DNA of 63,103 nt, filler included. It is 18 parts of 18 records of this genome, joined end to end, with 100 filler letters (N's around TTAATTAATTAA, not from the genome) between each part and the next. Parts side by side here need not be neighbours in the genome. Positions count along the whole stretch, not along the records: positions 11,594 to 15,451 come from SRR11831580_6916; positions 15,552 to 20,429 come from SRR11831580_6934; positions 20,530 to 25,202 come from SRR11831580_6952; 15 more parts are not named here. One strand, given 5' to 3'. The position numbers and the translations under genes are program-made. Of this stretch, positions 13,226 through 24,343 are shown in pieces. The notes beneath the pieces were generated by a model. The model searched no databases and had not been told where the DNA came from. It saw only the letters and a program-made list of their open reading frames with translations. Position 1 is the stretch's first letter. The number at the start of each line of letters is the position of its first letter.

Positions 13226-13254
13226 AAACCCTCGTGCTTTTGCGCGAGGGTTTT
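13226..13254 (+). terminator. probable Rho-independent terminator after ppc
   Basis: AAACCCTCGTGC-TTTT-GCGCGAGGGTTTT hairpin. Confidence 0.7.
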
Positions 13255-13392
13255 CTGAAATACTTCTGTTCTAACACCCTCGTTTTCAATATATTTCTGT
13301 CTGCATTTTATTCAAATTCTGAATATACCTTCAGATATCCTTAAGGAATTGTCGTTACATTCGGCGATATTTTTTCAAGACAGGTTCTTACT

Positions 13393-15126
13393 ATGCATTC
13401 CACAGAAGTCCAGGCTAAACCTCTTTTTAGCTGGAAAGCCCTGGGTTGGGCACTGCTCTACTTTTGGTTTTTCTCTACTCTGCTACAGGCCATTATTTAC
13501 ATCAGTGGTTATAGTGGCACTAACGGCATTCGCGACTCGCTGTTATTCAGTTCGCTGTGGTTGATCCCGGTATTCCTCTTTCCGAAGCGGATTAAAATTA
13601 TTGCCGCAGTAATCGGCGTGGTGCTATGGGCGGCCTCTCTGGCGGCGCTGTGCTACTACGTCATCTACGGTCAGGAGTTCTCGCAGAGCGTTCTGTTTGT
13701 GATGTTCGAAACCAACACCAACGAAGCCAGCGAGTATTTAAGCCAGTATTTCAGCCTGAAAATTGTGCTTATCGCGCTGGCCTATACGGCGGTGGCAGTT
13801 CTGCTGTGGACACGCCTGCGCCCGGTCTATATTCCAAAGCCGTGGCGTTATGTTGTCTCTTTTGCCCTGCTTTATGGCTTGATTCTGCATCCGATCGCCA
13901 TGAATACGTTTATCAAAAACAAGCCGTTTGAGAAAACGTTGGATAACCTGGCCTCGCGTATGGAGCCTGCCGCACCGTGGCAATTCCTGACCGGCTATTA
14001 TCAGTATCGTCAGCAACTAAACTCGCTAACAAAGTTACTGAATGAAAATAATGCCTTGCCGCCACTGGCTAATTTCAAAGATGAATCGGGTAACGAACCG
14101 CGCACTTTAGTGCTGGTGATTGGCGAGTCGACCCAGCGCGGACGCATGAGTCTGTACGGTTATCCGCGTGAAACCACGCCGGAGCTGGATGCGCTGCATA
14201 AAACCGATCCGAATCTGACCGTGTTTAATAACGTAGTTACGTCTCGTCCGTACACCATTGAAATCCTGCAACAGGCGCTGACCTTTGCCAATGAAAAGAA
14301 CCCGGATCTGTATCTGACGCAGCCGTCGCTGATGAACATGATGAAACAGGCGGGTTATAAAACCTTCTGGATCACCAACCAGCAGACGATGACCGCCCGC
14401 AATACCATGCTGACGGTATTTTCGCGCCAGACCGACAAGCAGTACTACATGAACCAGCAACGTACGCAGAGTGCGCGTGAATACGACACCAACGTGCTGA
14501 AGCCGTTCCAGGAAGTGCTGAATGACCCTGCGCCGAAGAAACTGATCATTGTTCATCTGCTGGGTACGCATATCAAATACAAATACCGCTACCCGGAAAA
14601 TCAGGGCAAGTTTGATGGCAATACCGATCATGTTCCGCCGGGATTAAACGCGGAAGAGCTGGAGTCATATAACGATTATGACAACGCTAACCTGTATAAC
14701 GATCATGTGGTTGCCAGCCTGATTAAAGACTTTAAAGCAGCAAACCCGAACGGTTTCCTGGTTTATTTCTCTGACCACGGTGAAGAGGTTTACGACACGC
14801 CGCCGCACAAAACTCAGGGGCGTAATGAGGACAACCCGACGCGTCATATGTACACCATTCCGTTCCTGCTGTGGACGTCAGAAAAATGGCAAGCGACTCA
14901 TCCCCGTGATTTCTCGCAGGATGTTGATCGTAAATACAGCCTGGCGGAACTGATCCACACCTGGTCAGATTTGGCGGGCTTATCTTACGACGGTTACGAT
15001 CCAACCCGTTCAGTGGTGAATCCGCAGTTCAAAGAAACTACCCGCTGGATTGGTAACCCGTATAAGAAAAACGCACTGATCGATTACGACACACTGCCCT
15101 ATGGCGATCAGGTGGGTAATCAGTAA
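13393..15126 (+). CDS. eptC: LPS heptose phosphoethanolamine transferase
   Basis: 577 aa, N-terminal TM segments, VLVIGES, HLLGTH and SDHGE sulfatase-fold motifs; follows ppc as in E. coli (yijP/cptA). Confidence 0.94.
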   Translation: MHSTEVQAKPLFSWKALGWALLYFWFFSTLLQAIIYISGYSGTNGIRDSLLFSSLWLIPVFLFPKRIKIIAAVIGVVLWAASLAALCYYVIYGQEFSQSVLFVMFETNTNEASEYLSQYFSLKIVLIALAYTAVAVLLWTRLRPVYIPKPWRYVVSFALLYGLILHPIAMNTFIKNKPFEKTLDNLASRMEPAAPWQFLTGYYQYRQQLNSLTKLLNENNALPPLANFKDESGNEPRTLVLVIGESTQRGRMSLYGYPRETTPELDALHKTDPNLTVFNNVVTSRPYTIEILQQALTFANEKNPDLYLTQPSLMNMMKQAGYKTFWITNQQTMTARNTMLTVFSRQTDKQYYMNQQRTQSAREYDTNVLKPFQEVLNDPAPKKLIIVHLLGTHIKYKYRYPENQGKFDGNTDHVPPGLNAEELESYNDYDNANLYNDHVVASLIKDFKAANPNGFLVYFSDHGEEVYDTPPHKTQGRNEDNPTRHMYTIPFLLWTSEKWQATHPRDFSQDVDRKYSLAELIHTWSDLAGLSYDGYDPTRSVVNPQFKETTRWIGNPYKKNALIDYDTLPYGDQVGNQ

Positions 15127-15145
15127 TTATCAGCCAGGCGCTATT

Positions 15146-15229
15146 TGCCGGATGCGACGCTTGACGCGTCTTATCCGGCCTACAGATCGCGGCGGTAGGC
15201 TGGATAAGGCGTTTACGCCACATCCGGCA
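15146..15229. repeat. REP/BIME (two inverted REP units)
   Basis: TGCCGGATGCGACGCTTGACGCGTCTTATCCGGCCTAC ... GTAGGCTGGATAAGGCGTTTACGCCACATCCGGCA. Confidence 0.92.
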
Positions 15230-15265
15230 ATACAACTGCCGCAATGTTTACATCGAACTCCCCTC

Positions 15266-15293
15266 AGGCCACACTTTTCAGGTGGCCTTTTTT
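15266..15293 (+). terminator. Rho-independent terminator
   Basis: AGGCCAC...GTGGCC hairpin followed by T-run. Confidence 0.7.
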
Positions 15294-15340
15294 AATAATG
15301 CCAGTTACTGTTTTCCCGTCTACATACCTAAGGGAATAAC

Positions 15341-15451
15341 ATGTATCACGACGTCAGCTATCTGCTCTCCCGCCTGATCAACGGCCCGCTGTCCCTGCGC
15401 CAGATTTACTTTGCCAGCAGTAACGGCCCGGTGCCCGATCTTGCGTATCAG
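15341..15451 (+). CDS. yijO: AraC-family regulator (5' fragment)
   Basis: MYHDVSYLLSRLINGPLSLRQIYFASSNGPVPDLAYQ; synteny with eptC. Confidence 0.8.
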
Positions 15452-15551
15452 NNNNNNNNNNNNNNNNNNNNNNNNNNNNNNNNNNNNNNNNNNNNTTAAT
15501 TAATTAANNNNNNNNNNNNNNNNNNNNNNNNNNNNNNNNNNNNNNNNNNNN

Positions 15552-16810
15552 CCTGCCCAAACCCACACAGATAGCCAGACGCACGATGCACACGCGCAGA
15601 CCGCATTATCCACTTAATTCCAACCAGTTGCACGGCAGCAGACACATACACCACCACGCACGCTCACACAACAGGCGAATAATACACGAATCGCGGCGAG
15701 CATGTGATAATACCCGCCACAGCACTTAGTCACAGGAGAGCTAGCAAACAACGCACACCTTGAACGTGCCGGTGCCTGTCGGGTTGATGGCGTTCACCCA
15801 CTCGTCCAGGTTGCCATGCATGTCAAAAGTCTTGTACGCCGGCTGCACACAGCCCTCAAACGCGCCGGTAGCAGCTACGGTGCGATTTAGCAGATCGAGG
15901 CGAGGGTCGTTCATCTCCGTGGCGTTAAACGTTGCGTTCGGGCCGAACAGCTCATTAACAGGATTCACAGGGCGTCCCTCGTTACAGCGGCCCGGTTCGT
16001 ATGTGTTTCCGTAGGGGTATGTCGTGTCTGTACACACGGACAATAACAATAATGATACACCAACTCTGAGCGCAAACACAGACTGGACAGATAACCTAAG
16101 CAACAAAACATCCATTCATGGACCACCAGTCGCTAGGGAACTCGTAAATCGTTGCAATCTCAAGAGTAGAGTGCGAGCAAGGAGGACGACCGCGGTGCGT
16201 ACTGTTGGGGCCCTGACATGCCGCAAGCCACTCATCCAACGTACACAGGCGCTTCTGGGAAAGAGCACAGGCTGCCGCGGCTTGGTCTGCAGAGAGGTAC
16301 GCCTGCAACACACACAGACACACACGGAGACACACGCAAGAAGAGTTGATAAGTAAATACGCACATGCACCCATACGCACACATACACACGTGATGGAGT
16401 TATTGGCGAAGTAGAGTGCATCAACAATTAGAAAAAATCACGCGCATTTTACAGGGTACGCCAACATGCGAACTGGGTTCCAACGCCACAGACGAGACGC
16501 GACTGAGAACAAGAACACGCACCTGGGGCATGACGCCCGGCCCAACAACAGCCCTCACAGTAACATTATCCACTGGAACGTTGAAGGGCCACAGTGTTTC
16601 ACTCCCATCAGGATGAATTTGAACAGCGCTCATCTCAAATATATCCACACAAACAGTGCGCGTGCCGCCCACCGTAACAGTTGCCATATACAGAGGACAT
16701 TCATCCACGTCACGAGAAGCGACAGGGGCCGTGGAAAACATGAGGAGCACGGCGAGCACAATCCAAATCCGCGGACCCAACGTACGCGAACGCAGCATGG
16801 AATTAGACAT
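15552..16810 (-). CDS. eukaryotic spliced gene: secreted FGE-sulfatase/SUMF1-like domain protein (3' end missing)
   Basis: Exons 16810-16523, 16302-16203 and 16027-15759 join in frame via GT..AG introns. Product: signal peptide, VCVDIFE, PQAYLSADQAAAACALSQKRLCTLDEWLAACQGPNNTTYPYGNTYEPGRCN...FDMHGNLDEWV. These match the RLPTEAEWE, YPWG and DMxGNVWEW motifs of the FGE fold. Confidence 0.8.
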
Positions 16811-17040
16811 TCTTTGTGGCGTTATAACAGCCTACCATTCGTACAAGCATACAGTGAGCTTCCATATCATCTCGATAGAACGCAACTTCGCCAAGTTCAG
16901 CTGTTCTGACACATATCAAGTTGGAACTTTCCTGGCACCTGGGACTCCTTCAAATGATGCGCCGGGTTCCATATTTCCATGGCGGGCGCGAGTTGGTTGG
17001 AGTACACGTCCATACAGCAGCCAATTTATGAAGTGAAAGC

Positions 17041-19612
17041 ATGTTTCGTACAATACTTGCTATTGCCGAAAGGCGGACAGTCTATGCTTGTGTCATTCGA
17101 AGGAAGCAGTCAACCAGCTTCGTCGACACTTTACTGAACGGGACTGCGGATACCCCGCAACCTCTCAAAAATTATTGTGGCCTGAGTGGGAGAAAGCGTG
17201 TTACGCGTGGATCGTACGTGCATGACACCGCTTCCATCTAAAAGGATGATGTTCACATTACGTGGTGTTTATGTAGTGTTTCCCCACGTTTAACTGTTCC
17301 GGACACTATTTCATGGCCTCCCTATGCAGTAACTGGTGTGCCTCCCAACATAAGTGCCGTGCAGAGACTGGTACGTGCACCTTCTTGCTGTCTGTTGTGG
17401 ATTGTATCATGTTGTATCTGTCTGTGTGTCTTTGCGCGCGTGTATGGTGCCTGCGCGTGTGTATGTATACGTCTGGGTGTGCGTACATGCGATGATGGAC
17501 CTGTGGTGGGGTGGGGAGATCCCATTCATGCTTTGCACCACACTCAGTGAATACTTTTCGTCCTTTGATGGAGGTTGACTCCCTGCGTGTGGGTCTCTGC
17601 AGAACAAGGTCGAGATAGAGGGTATGCGCAAGGCGGGCAAGTTGGCTCGTCAGGCTCTGCGATATGCGCTCAGCTTGGTGAAGGTACGTGTTTAGTGGGC
17701 GGTGGGGAAAGCGGGTAGATTGTGATGTGTTGCGGTGTGTTTTTGTGCATGGCAATATTTCTGTGCCTGTGTGTTCATGTGTGCATTTGTGCGTCTTCAT
17801 CTCTAACGTGTGTTGTTGACTGCACAGCCTGGGGTGACCACGGATGAGATTGACAAGCAGGTGCACAAGTACATCTGTCGTCATGGCGCATATCCGTCCC
17901 CGTTGAATTATCAAAACTTTCCAAAATCTGTGTGCACCAGTGTTAATGAGGTATGTCAATGGCGGTGGAGTGTTGTGTGCGGGTGCTCATATTATGTGAG
18001 TTGTCTTTCTCTGAAGCGCTCTTTCCGTGCTTTGCATTGGGAACGATCCTGGTTTCGTTGTGTGTGTGTGTGTGTGTGTCTATCCATGTCGTGTCAATTC
18101 CGTGTGTCATGTCGTATGATTTGTTGCTTTCTCTCTTTCTATCCACCGTGCATCTATCCTCCTTGAGTACCAACCATCTCCTTCTTTCTCCTGCAGATTA
18201 TCTGTCACGGCATCCCCGATTCACGGCGTCTTCTTGGCACCGACATTATCAATGTGGATGTGACTGTCTATCTGAACGGCTTTCACGGTGACACGGCTCT
18301 GACTGTGCCTGTGTCGGATCGCGTCCCACAGAGTGCGCGTACTCTCATCCAGGTGTGTTCTCGCATTTGTACGTGTTCGAGCTTCGGAGTAAGTGTTTCG
18401 TGTTGTTACCTGTGCGGTACGTGTTCATGCAATTCTTGATTGCGTTCGTCCCTCATCGCGAGGTCCATCTATGTATCCAATACGGCGGGTACGGTTTGTA
18501 TTCTTTGGTGTTGTGGCTGTGTACGATGTGATATTGGCAGTCGATGGGGTGTGTATGGTGAGACTTACATGCATATGCGTGTGTGTGTGTATTGTGCGTA
18601 CACAGACGACCGAAGAATGTGTGATGAGGGCGATCCAAATCTGCAAGCCTGGTGTACCATACAGCAAGATCGGCGAAACTATATTGTAAGCTTTTCTGTC
18701 CATATGTGAGCGAGCTGTGATCCTGTGTGTAATGTATAAGTATCAGTATGTGTGTTAGTTTTCGCTCTCTGTTCACTGGCTCCTCTCTTTTGCACAGTAA
18801 TCACGCGCGGTCGAAAGGTTACAACGTGTTCGAGGATTTGACTGGGCACGGTGTCAATCGAAACTTTCACACTCCGCCCTACATCCACTCCACTCGTACG
18901 TATCTCGTTGAGTGAATGAGGCTCTGGATCGCTCTGTTTCGTTTACGCAGTGTTTGATCTTGCTATTTTGTGTTTGTGAGTTTGTTTGTGGCTATATGTG
19001 TGTATGTGTGCGTGTGTGACTGTCTGAAAATGTGTCTCTGTGTATGTGTATATGTGTCTGTCTTTGTTGTGGTTGTGTTGTGTATTATGTGCCATGAAGG
19101 TGGTTGTGGAACCCCCATGCTGTGCATCGTGCTATGCTGTGTGGCTGCCCTTTCGTTGTTCTCATATGTTCGTTGCGATAGCGAACGATTATCTGGGAGT
19201 CATGCAACCGGGGGTCACCTTCACTATCGGTACGTTGCTTTCAAGGAGACTCCCCGTTGGTGCTGAGCTTGTATTCCCCTTATATATCATGCATTCAAAG
19301 ATATGTATATATGTGTGTGTTTGCGTGAGTCGACCTATAATCACAAATCTCGTAGTGATATCCTTGTCCTACCGCCCCTAATCTATCACACACTGTTTCA
19401 TCATCAAACCCCCGATCTTCCACTTACCCTCGTATGTGCATGGACTCCCCACCACAGAACCGATCCTGACAGAGGGGCAAACGGCATGGCGGCTGTGGAA
19501 GGACGGCTGGACCATGGAGGCCCTCGATGGCGCACTCAACGCTCAGACTGAGCACACCGTCCTCATCACAGAGACGGGGGTCGAAATATTGACCGCCGAT
19601 GAGCCGGCATGA
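17041..19612 (+). CDS. eukaryotic 9-exon methionine aminopeptidase type I, organellar (MetAP1D-like)
   Basis: Exons 17041-17213, 17277-17370, 17603-17683, 17828-17950, 18197-18352, 18606-18685, 18798-18895, 19182-19229 and 19458-19612 splice in frame. Motifs [41 protein letters not shown] and [15 protein letters not shown]; Arg-rich N-terminal extension. Confidence 0.93.
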
Positions 19613-20002
19613 TGTGGGGTGTCATGTGGACAGGTGTTGAATTGATACTGAGTGGGCGTTGCTCCGGCAAATTCGGAAGCATCCTGTGCCTGTTTATCTT
19701 GCCTGCAACAGAGACATGTGCGCGTGTCCTGCTTGCGTTGGATGCACGCAGCGCGCCCGCGGCCCCTGTGTCTGTGAGCTTATTTCAACCAAATACAACA
19801 GCATACACAGATTTATTCCGTTCTCCGCGTACAGTTATCCTCAGTCAACTTGAGTGCTGTGCAGCTGTGCCGCTCACCGGCGCTTATGCCTACAGCAAAC
19901 ACAGTGAACACACAGTAGTGAATACACAGCCACAATCAGACGACACAAAACAGCACGGAGGAAACAAAACAAAACGTCGCATTCTTCCTGTAACAATCCC
20001 CA

Positions 20003-20124
20003 CTATCGCACAACATACTTGGTCTTGGACTTGAACGCGTGTGCGCCCTTCTTGCGGAACGGTTTCCGCCCTGTGGTTGTGGTTCCGGCAGAGATGTCCT
20101 TCTCGAGTGCGCTGGACGAGGGTT
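20003..20124 (-). CDS. terminal exon of a eukaryotic gene, possibly DRS1/DDX27-like RNA helicase C-terminus
   Basis: TTGCAG acceptor, then (E)PSSSALEKDISAGTTTTGRKPFRKKGAHAFKSKTKYVVR*. The basic FKSKxKY tail resembles DDX27/Drs1 C-termini (from memory only). Confidence 0.4.
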
Positions 20125-20705
20125 CTGCAACAGAGGGATAGTGAGCGAGTGGGTGTGTGCGTGAGTGTGAGTGTGAGCACGAGAGGGAGTGGGAGTGGGA
20201 GTGGGAGTGAAAAAGTACACGATACAGGGAGACGGGAATCACAGCACATAACATACACTGCTCACACACACGGCACACAGCAGCACACCACACACCATAC
20301 GCCACCTGAACACAAAGAACGGGCGAGTGCCACGGGACGGCGACGAACAGAAGGCAACTATCAACACAACTCCACACATCACCAATTTCACGGTTCTGAT
20401 TGACTAACGACTGAGATTCATAACAAAAANNNNNNNNNNNNNNNNNNNNNNNNNNNNNNNNNNNNNNNNNNNNTTAATTAATTAANNNNNNNNNNNNNNN
20501 NNNNNNNNNNNNNNNNNNNNNNNNNNNNNGCGCCCTAAAGGCGCTTTTTTGCTATTCAGGCATCCTCAATTTCACTTTGTAAACCTGATGACATCGTCAG
20601 AGCTTACTGTGCAAGCAACTCTATGTCGGTGGAATTAGGCGTAAAATGACGCATCCTGCACATTAGGCGTAATTCGAGTGACTTTTCCCCACCATTCGAC
20701 TATCT

Positions 20706-20723
20706 TGTTTAGCATATAAAACA
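20706..20723 (+). promoter_or_regulatory. NadR NAD box
   Basis: TGTTTA-GCATAT-AAAACA upstream of nadA; consensus TGTTTA-N6-TAAACA. Confidence 0.75.
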
Positions 20724-20795
20724 AATTACACCGATAACAGCGAATATTACGCTAATGTCGGTTTTAACGTTAAGCCTGTAAAACGAGATGGTAAG

Positions 20796-21839
20796 ATGAG
20801 CGTAATGTTTGATCCAGACACGGCGATTTATCCTTTCCCCCCGAAGCCGACGCCGTTAAGCATTGATGAAAAAGCGTATTACCGCGAGAAGATAAAACGT
20901 CTGCTAAAAGAACGTAATGCGGTGATGGTTGCCCACTACTATACCGATCCCGAAATTCAACAACTGGCAGAAGAAACCGGTGGCTGTATTTCTGATTCTC
21001 TGGAAATGGCGCGCTTCGGTGCAAAGCATCCCGCTTCTACTTTGTTAGTCGCTGGGGTGAGATTTATGGGAGAAACCGCCAAAATTCTCAGTCCGGAAAA
21101 AACAATTCTGATGCCGACACTTCAGGCTGAATGTTCACTGGATCTCGGCTGCCCTGTTGAAGAATTTAACGCATTTTGCGATGCCCATCCCGATCGTACT
21201 GTCGTCGTCTACGCCAACACTTCTGCTGCGGTAAAAGCGCGCGCAGATTGGGTGGTAACTTCAAGCATTGCCGTCGAACTTATTGATCATCTTGATAGTT
21301 TGGGTGAAAAAATCATCTGGGCACCCGACAAACATCTGGGGCGTTACGTGCAAAAACAGACGGGTGGAGACATTCTATGCTGGCAGGGTGCCTGTATTGT
21401 GCATGATGAATTTAAGACTCAGGCGTTAACCCGCTTGCAAGAAGAATACCCGGATGCTGCCATACTGGTGCATCCAGAATCACCACAAGCTATTGTCGAT
21501 ATGGCGGATGCGGTCGGTTCCACCAGTCAACTGATCGCTGCTGCGAAAACATTGCCACATCAGAGGCTTATTGTGGCAACCGATCGGGGTATTTTCTACA
21601 AAATGCAGCAGGCGGTGCCAGATAAAGAGTTACTGGAAGCACCAACCGCAGGTGAGGGTGCAACCTGCCGCAGCTGCGCGCATTGTCCGTGGATGGCCAT
21701 GAATGGCCTTCAGGCCATCGCAGAGGCATTAGAACAGGAAGGAAGCAATCACGAGGTTCATGTTGATGAAAGGCTGCGAGAGAGGGCGCTGGTGCCGCTC
21801 AATCGTATGCTGGATTTTGCGGCTACACTACGTGGATAA
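20796..21839 (+). CDS. nadA: quinolinate synthase A
   Basis: 347 aa, [17 protein letters not shown] Fe-S motif. Confidence 0.98.
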
Positions 21840-21876
21840 CGAATAATAAGGCGTAACGTTACGCTTTGGGGGAAAG

Positions 21877-22596
21877 ATGGATTTTTTTAGTGTGCAGAAT
21901 ATCCTGGTACATATACCAATAGGGGCAGGCGGTTATGATCTCTCATGGATCGAAGCGGTAGGCACGATCGCCGGGTTGCTGTGTATTGGCCTTGCCAGTC
22001 TGGAGAAGATCAGCAACTACTTCTTTGGCCTGATCAACGTCACCTTGTTTGGCATTATTTTCTTTCAGATTCAGCTGTATGCCAGCCTGCTATTACAGGT
22101 GTTTTTCTTTGCCGCGAATATTTACGGTTGGTATGCGTGGTCGCGACAAACCAGTCAGAACGAGGCGGAGTTGAAAATTCGCTGGTTGCCATTGCCGAAG
22201 GCACTCAGCTGGTTGGCGGTTTGCGTTGTTTCGATTGGTCTGATGACGGTATTTATCAATCCGGTGTTTGCATTTTTGACCCGCGTGGCAGTCATGATCA
22301 TGCAAGCATTAGGATTACAGGTTGTGATGCCTGAACTGCAACCGGACGCTTTCCCGTTCTGGGATTCATGCATGATGGTGTTATCTATCGTGGCAATGAT
22401 TCTGATGACGCGTAAGTATGTGGAAAACTGGCTGTTGTGGGTGATTATTAACGTGATTAGCGTCGTTATTTTTGCACTTCAGGGCGTTTACGCCATGTCT
22501 CTGGAGTACATCATCCTGACCTTTATTGCGCTCAACGGCAGCCGGATGTGGATCAACAGCGCACGTGAAAGAGGCTCACGCGCGCTGTCCCATTAA
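21877..22596 (+). CDS. pnuC: nicotinamide riboside transporter
   Basis: 239 aa membrane protein, YGWYAW motif, in operon with nadA. Confidence 0.96.
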   Translation: MDFFSVQNILVHIPIGAGGYDLSWIEAVGTIAGLLCIGLASLEKISNYFFGLINVTLFGIIFFQIQLYASLLLQVFFFAANIYGWYAWSRQTSQNEAELKIRWLPLPKALSWLAVCVVSIGLMTVFINPVFAFLTRVAVMIMQALGLQVVMPELQPDAFPFWDSCMMVLSIVAMILMTRKYVENWLLWVIINVISVVIFALQGVYAMSLEYIILTFIALNGSRMWINSARERGSRALSH

Positions 22597-23534
22597 TGGT
22601 GATGATGTGAATGGCCAGACACCCCTTCATTCAGGTGGCAGTCTGGCCCATGACAAGGTTGATATTCCATCTGAATGGTGGCGTGCTCAATCTGATAGTG
22701 ATCCATCAGGTAGTGTTGGATCTGATCCAACAAGGCATCGTGATCGTGTGGCGGGATCACCTGCACATGCAACGTCATCACCGGCTTCTCGCCTACCATC
22801 CATACATGTACATGGTGCACATTGCGGACTTCCGGGATTTCCCGGCACATACGACGCTTCAGTTCAGCGATATCCAGCGATACCGGTGCACCTTCAAGTA
22901 ATTCATTCACGCTATCTTTCAACAGTCGCCACGCGCTACGCAGAACCAGAAGCGACACCAGTATCGAGAGAATGGGGTCAGCAGGTGTCCAGCCAGTCCA
23001 GATAATAATCAACGCGGCAATAATAGCCCCAACCGAACCCAGCAGGTCCCCGAGCACATGCAGTGCCGCTGCTCGTACGTTGAGGTTTTTCTCTTCGCTG
23101 CCGTGATGAAGTAACCAGAAAGAAAGTATATTTGCCAGCAACCCAGCCACGGCAATTGCCATCATCATGCCGCCCTCGACCGGACGCGGCGTGCGGAAGC
23201 GTTCTATCGCCTCCCAGACAATCAAAATGGTAATTACCACGAGGGCTATGGCATTCACAAACGCCGCGAGCGTGGTCAGTCTTAGCCAACCGAAAGTGTG
23301 GCGAATGGTGGGAGGACGACGTGAAAATTGCACGGCGAGTAGGGCGAAAAGCAGGGCGGCAGTATCGGTCAACATATGACCCGCATCAGCCAGCAATGCC
23401 AGAGAACCAGAAAGAAAACCACCAACGACTTCTACCAGCATAAACCCGGCAGTCACGCCGAAAGCATACAACAAGCGACGAGCATTATTATCTTCTGGCA
23501 GGTGTGAGGACGTGTGTGAGTGTGAGTGCGCCAT
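22593..23534 (-). CDS. zitB: CDF zinc exporter
   Basis: His-rich termini, [14 protein letters not shown] and HVLGD motifs. Confidence 0.97.
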
Positions 23535-23647
23535 GACGAGTCATCCCTTAATTATTCTCACTTAACTTTATGACATCATACTGCTTTTAGAAGTGAAAAA
23601 TTAAAAGGGAGAGACTCCGCTCTCCCATTATTGGCTATTTTGCAGGG

Positions 23648-24028
23648 TTACTGCGTGGTACCGTCGGTTTTGGTATCGACATCATTATTGATGCCATCAC
23701 CGGTTTGTACCTTTTTATTGATATCCGGACAGCGACCATCTTTGCACATGGTGTTCTTGTGCTCTTCATCTTTGGTCATTCCGTCATTGTTCATTGAAGA
23801 ACCATCCGAATGCAGCATTGTGCCGCCAGAACCGGTATTTACCCCGTTATTGTCGACGTTATTTGGCGCGACATTTTCACGGGCGTCAGGGGCTACCTGG
23901 CCCGCATCAGCTGCGGCGTTTGCCTGGCCGTTATTAGTTTGCGCTCCGCTATCGGCAGCCAGTGCGGCACCGCTGGCAAGGCTTAGAGTGGCAGTCAGAA
24001 ATAATGTGGCCAGTTTTGTCATTTTCAT
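23648..24028 (-). CDS. ybgS: periplasmic protein YbgS
   Basis: 126 aa with signal peptide; lies between zitB and aroG. Confidence 0.92.
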
Positions 24029-24255
24029 AGGATGCTCCTGTTATGGTCGTTATGTCGGATAACCTCTTCCAACAGTGCATTTGCAGGTGAATATAAGGCA
24101 TTGGTTTAAGATTTCAGCCAGGTTATGAAACGCAGCAGAGAATCTTGAAATAATTAACAAACAAAGGAGTTACAGTTAGAAATTGTAGGAGAGATCTCGT
24201 TTTTCGCGACAATCTGGCGTTTTTCTTGCTAATTCCAGGATTAATCCGTTCATAG

Positions 24256-24273
24256 TGTAAAACCCCGTTTACA
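24256..24273. promoter_or_regulatory. TyrR box upstream of aroG
   Basis: TGTAAA-ACCCCG-TTTACA, exact TyrR consensus. Confidence 0.85.
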
Positions 24274-24343
24274 CATTCTGACGGAAGATATAGATTGGAA
24301 GTATTGCATTCACTAAGATAAGTATGGCAACACTGGAACAGAC

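Noticed and set aside
15146..15229. Palindromic repeats as CRISPR or novel ncRNA (also 29533-29559 and 30760-30860)
   Set aside because: Standard E. coli REP/BIME sequences; no repeat-spacer periodicity and no cas genes
17306..20403. Many Cys/Val- or His/Thr-rich ORFs (CVCVCV, THTHT)
   Set aside because: Translations of intronic (TG)n/(CA)n microsatellites, not proteins
15552..20429. Eukaryote-like island horizontally acquired by E. coli
   Set aside because: Separated from E. coli DNA by artificial spacers and full of spliceosomal introns; no physical junction
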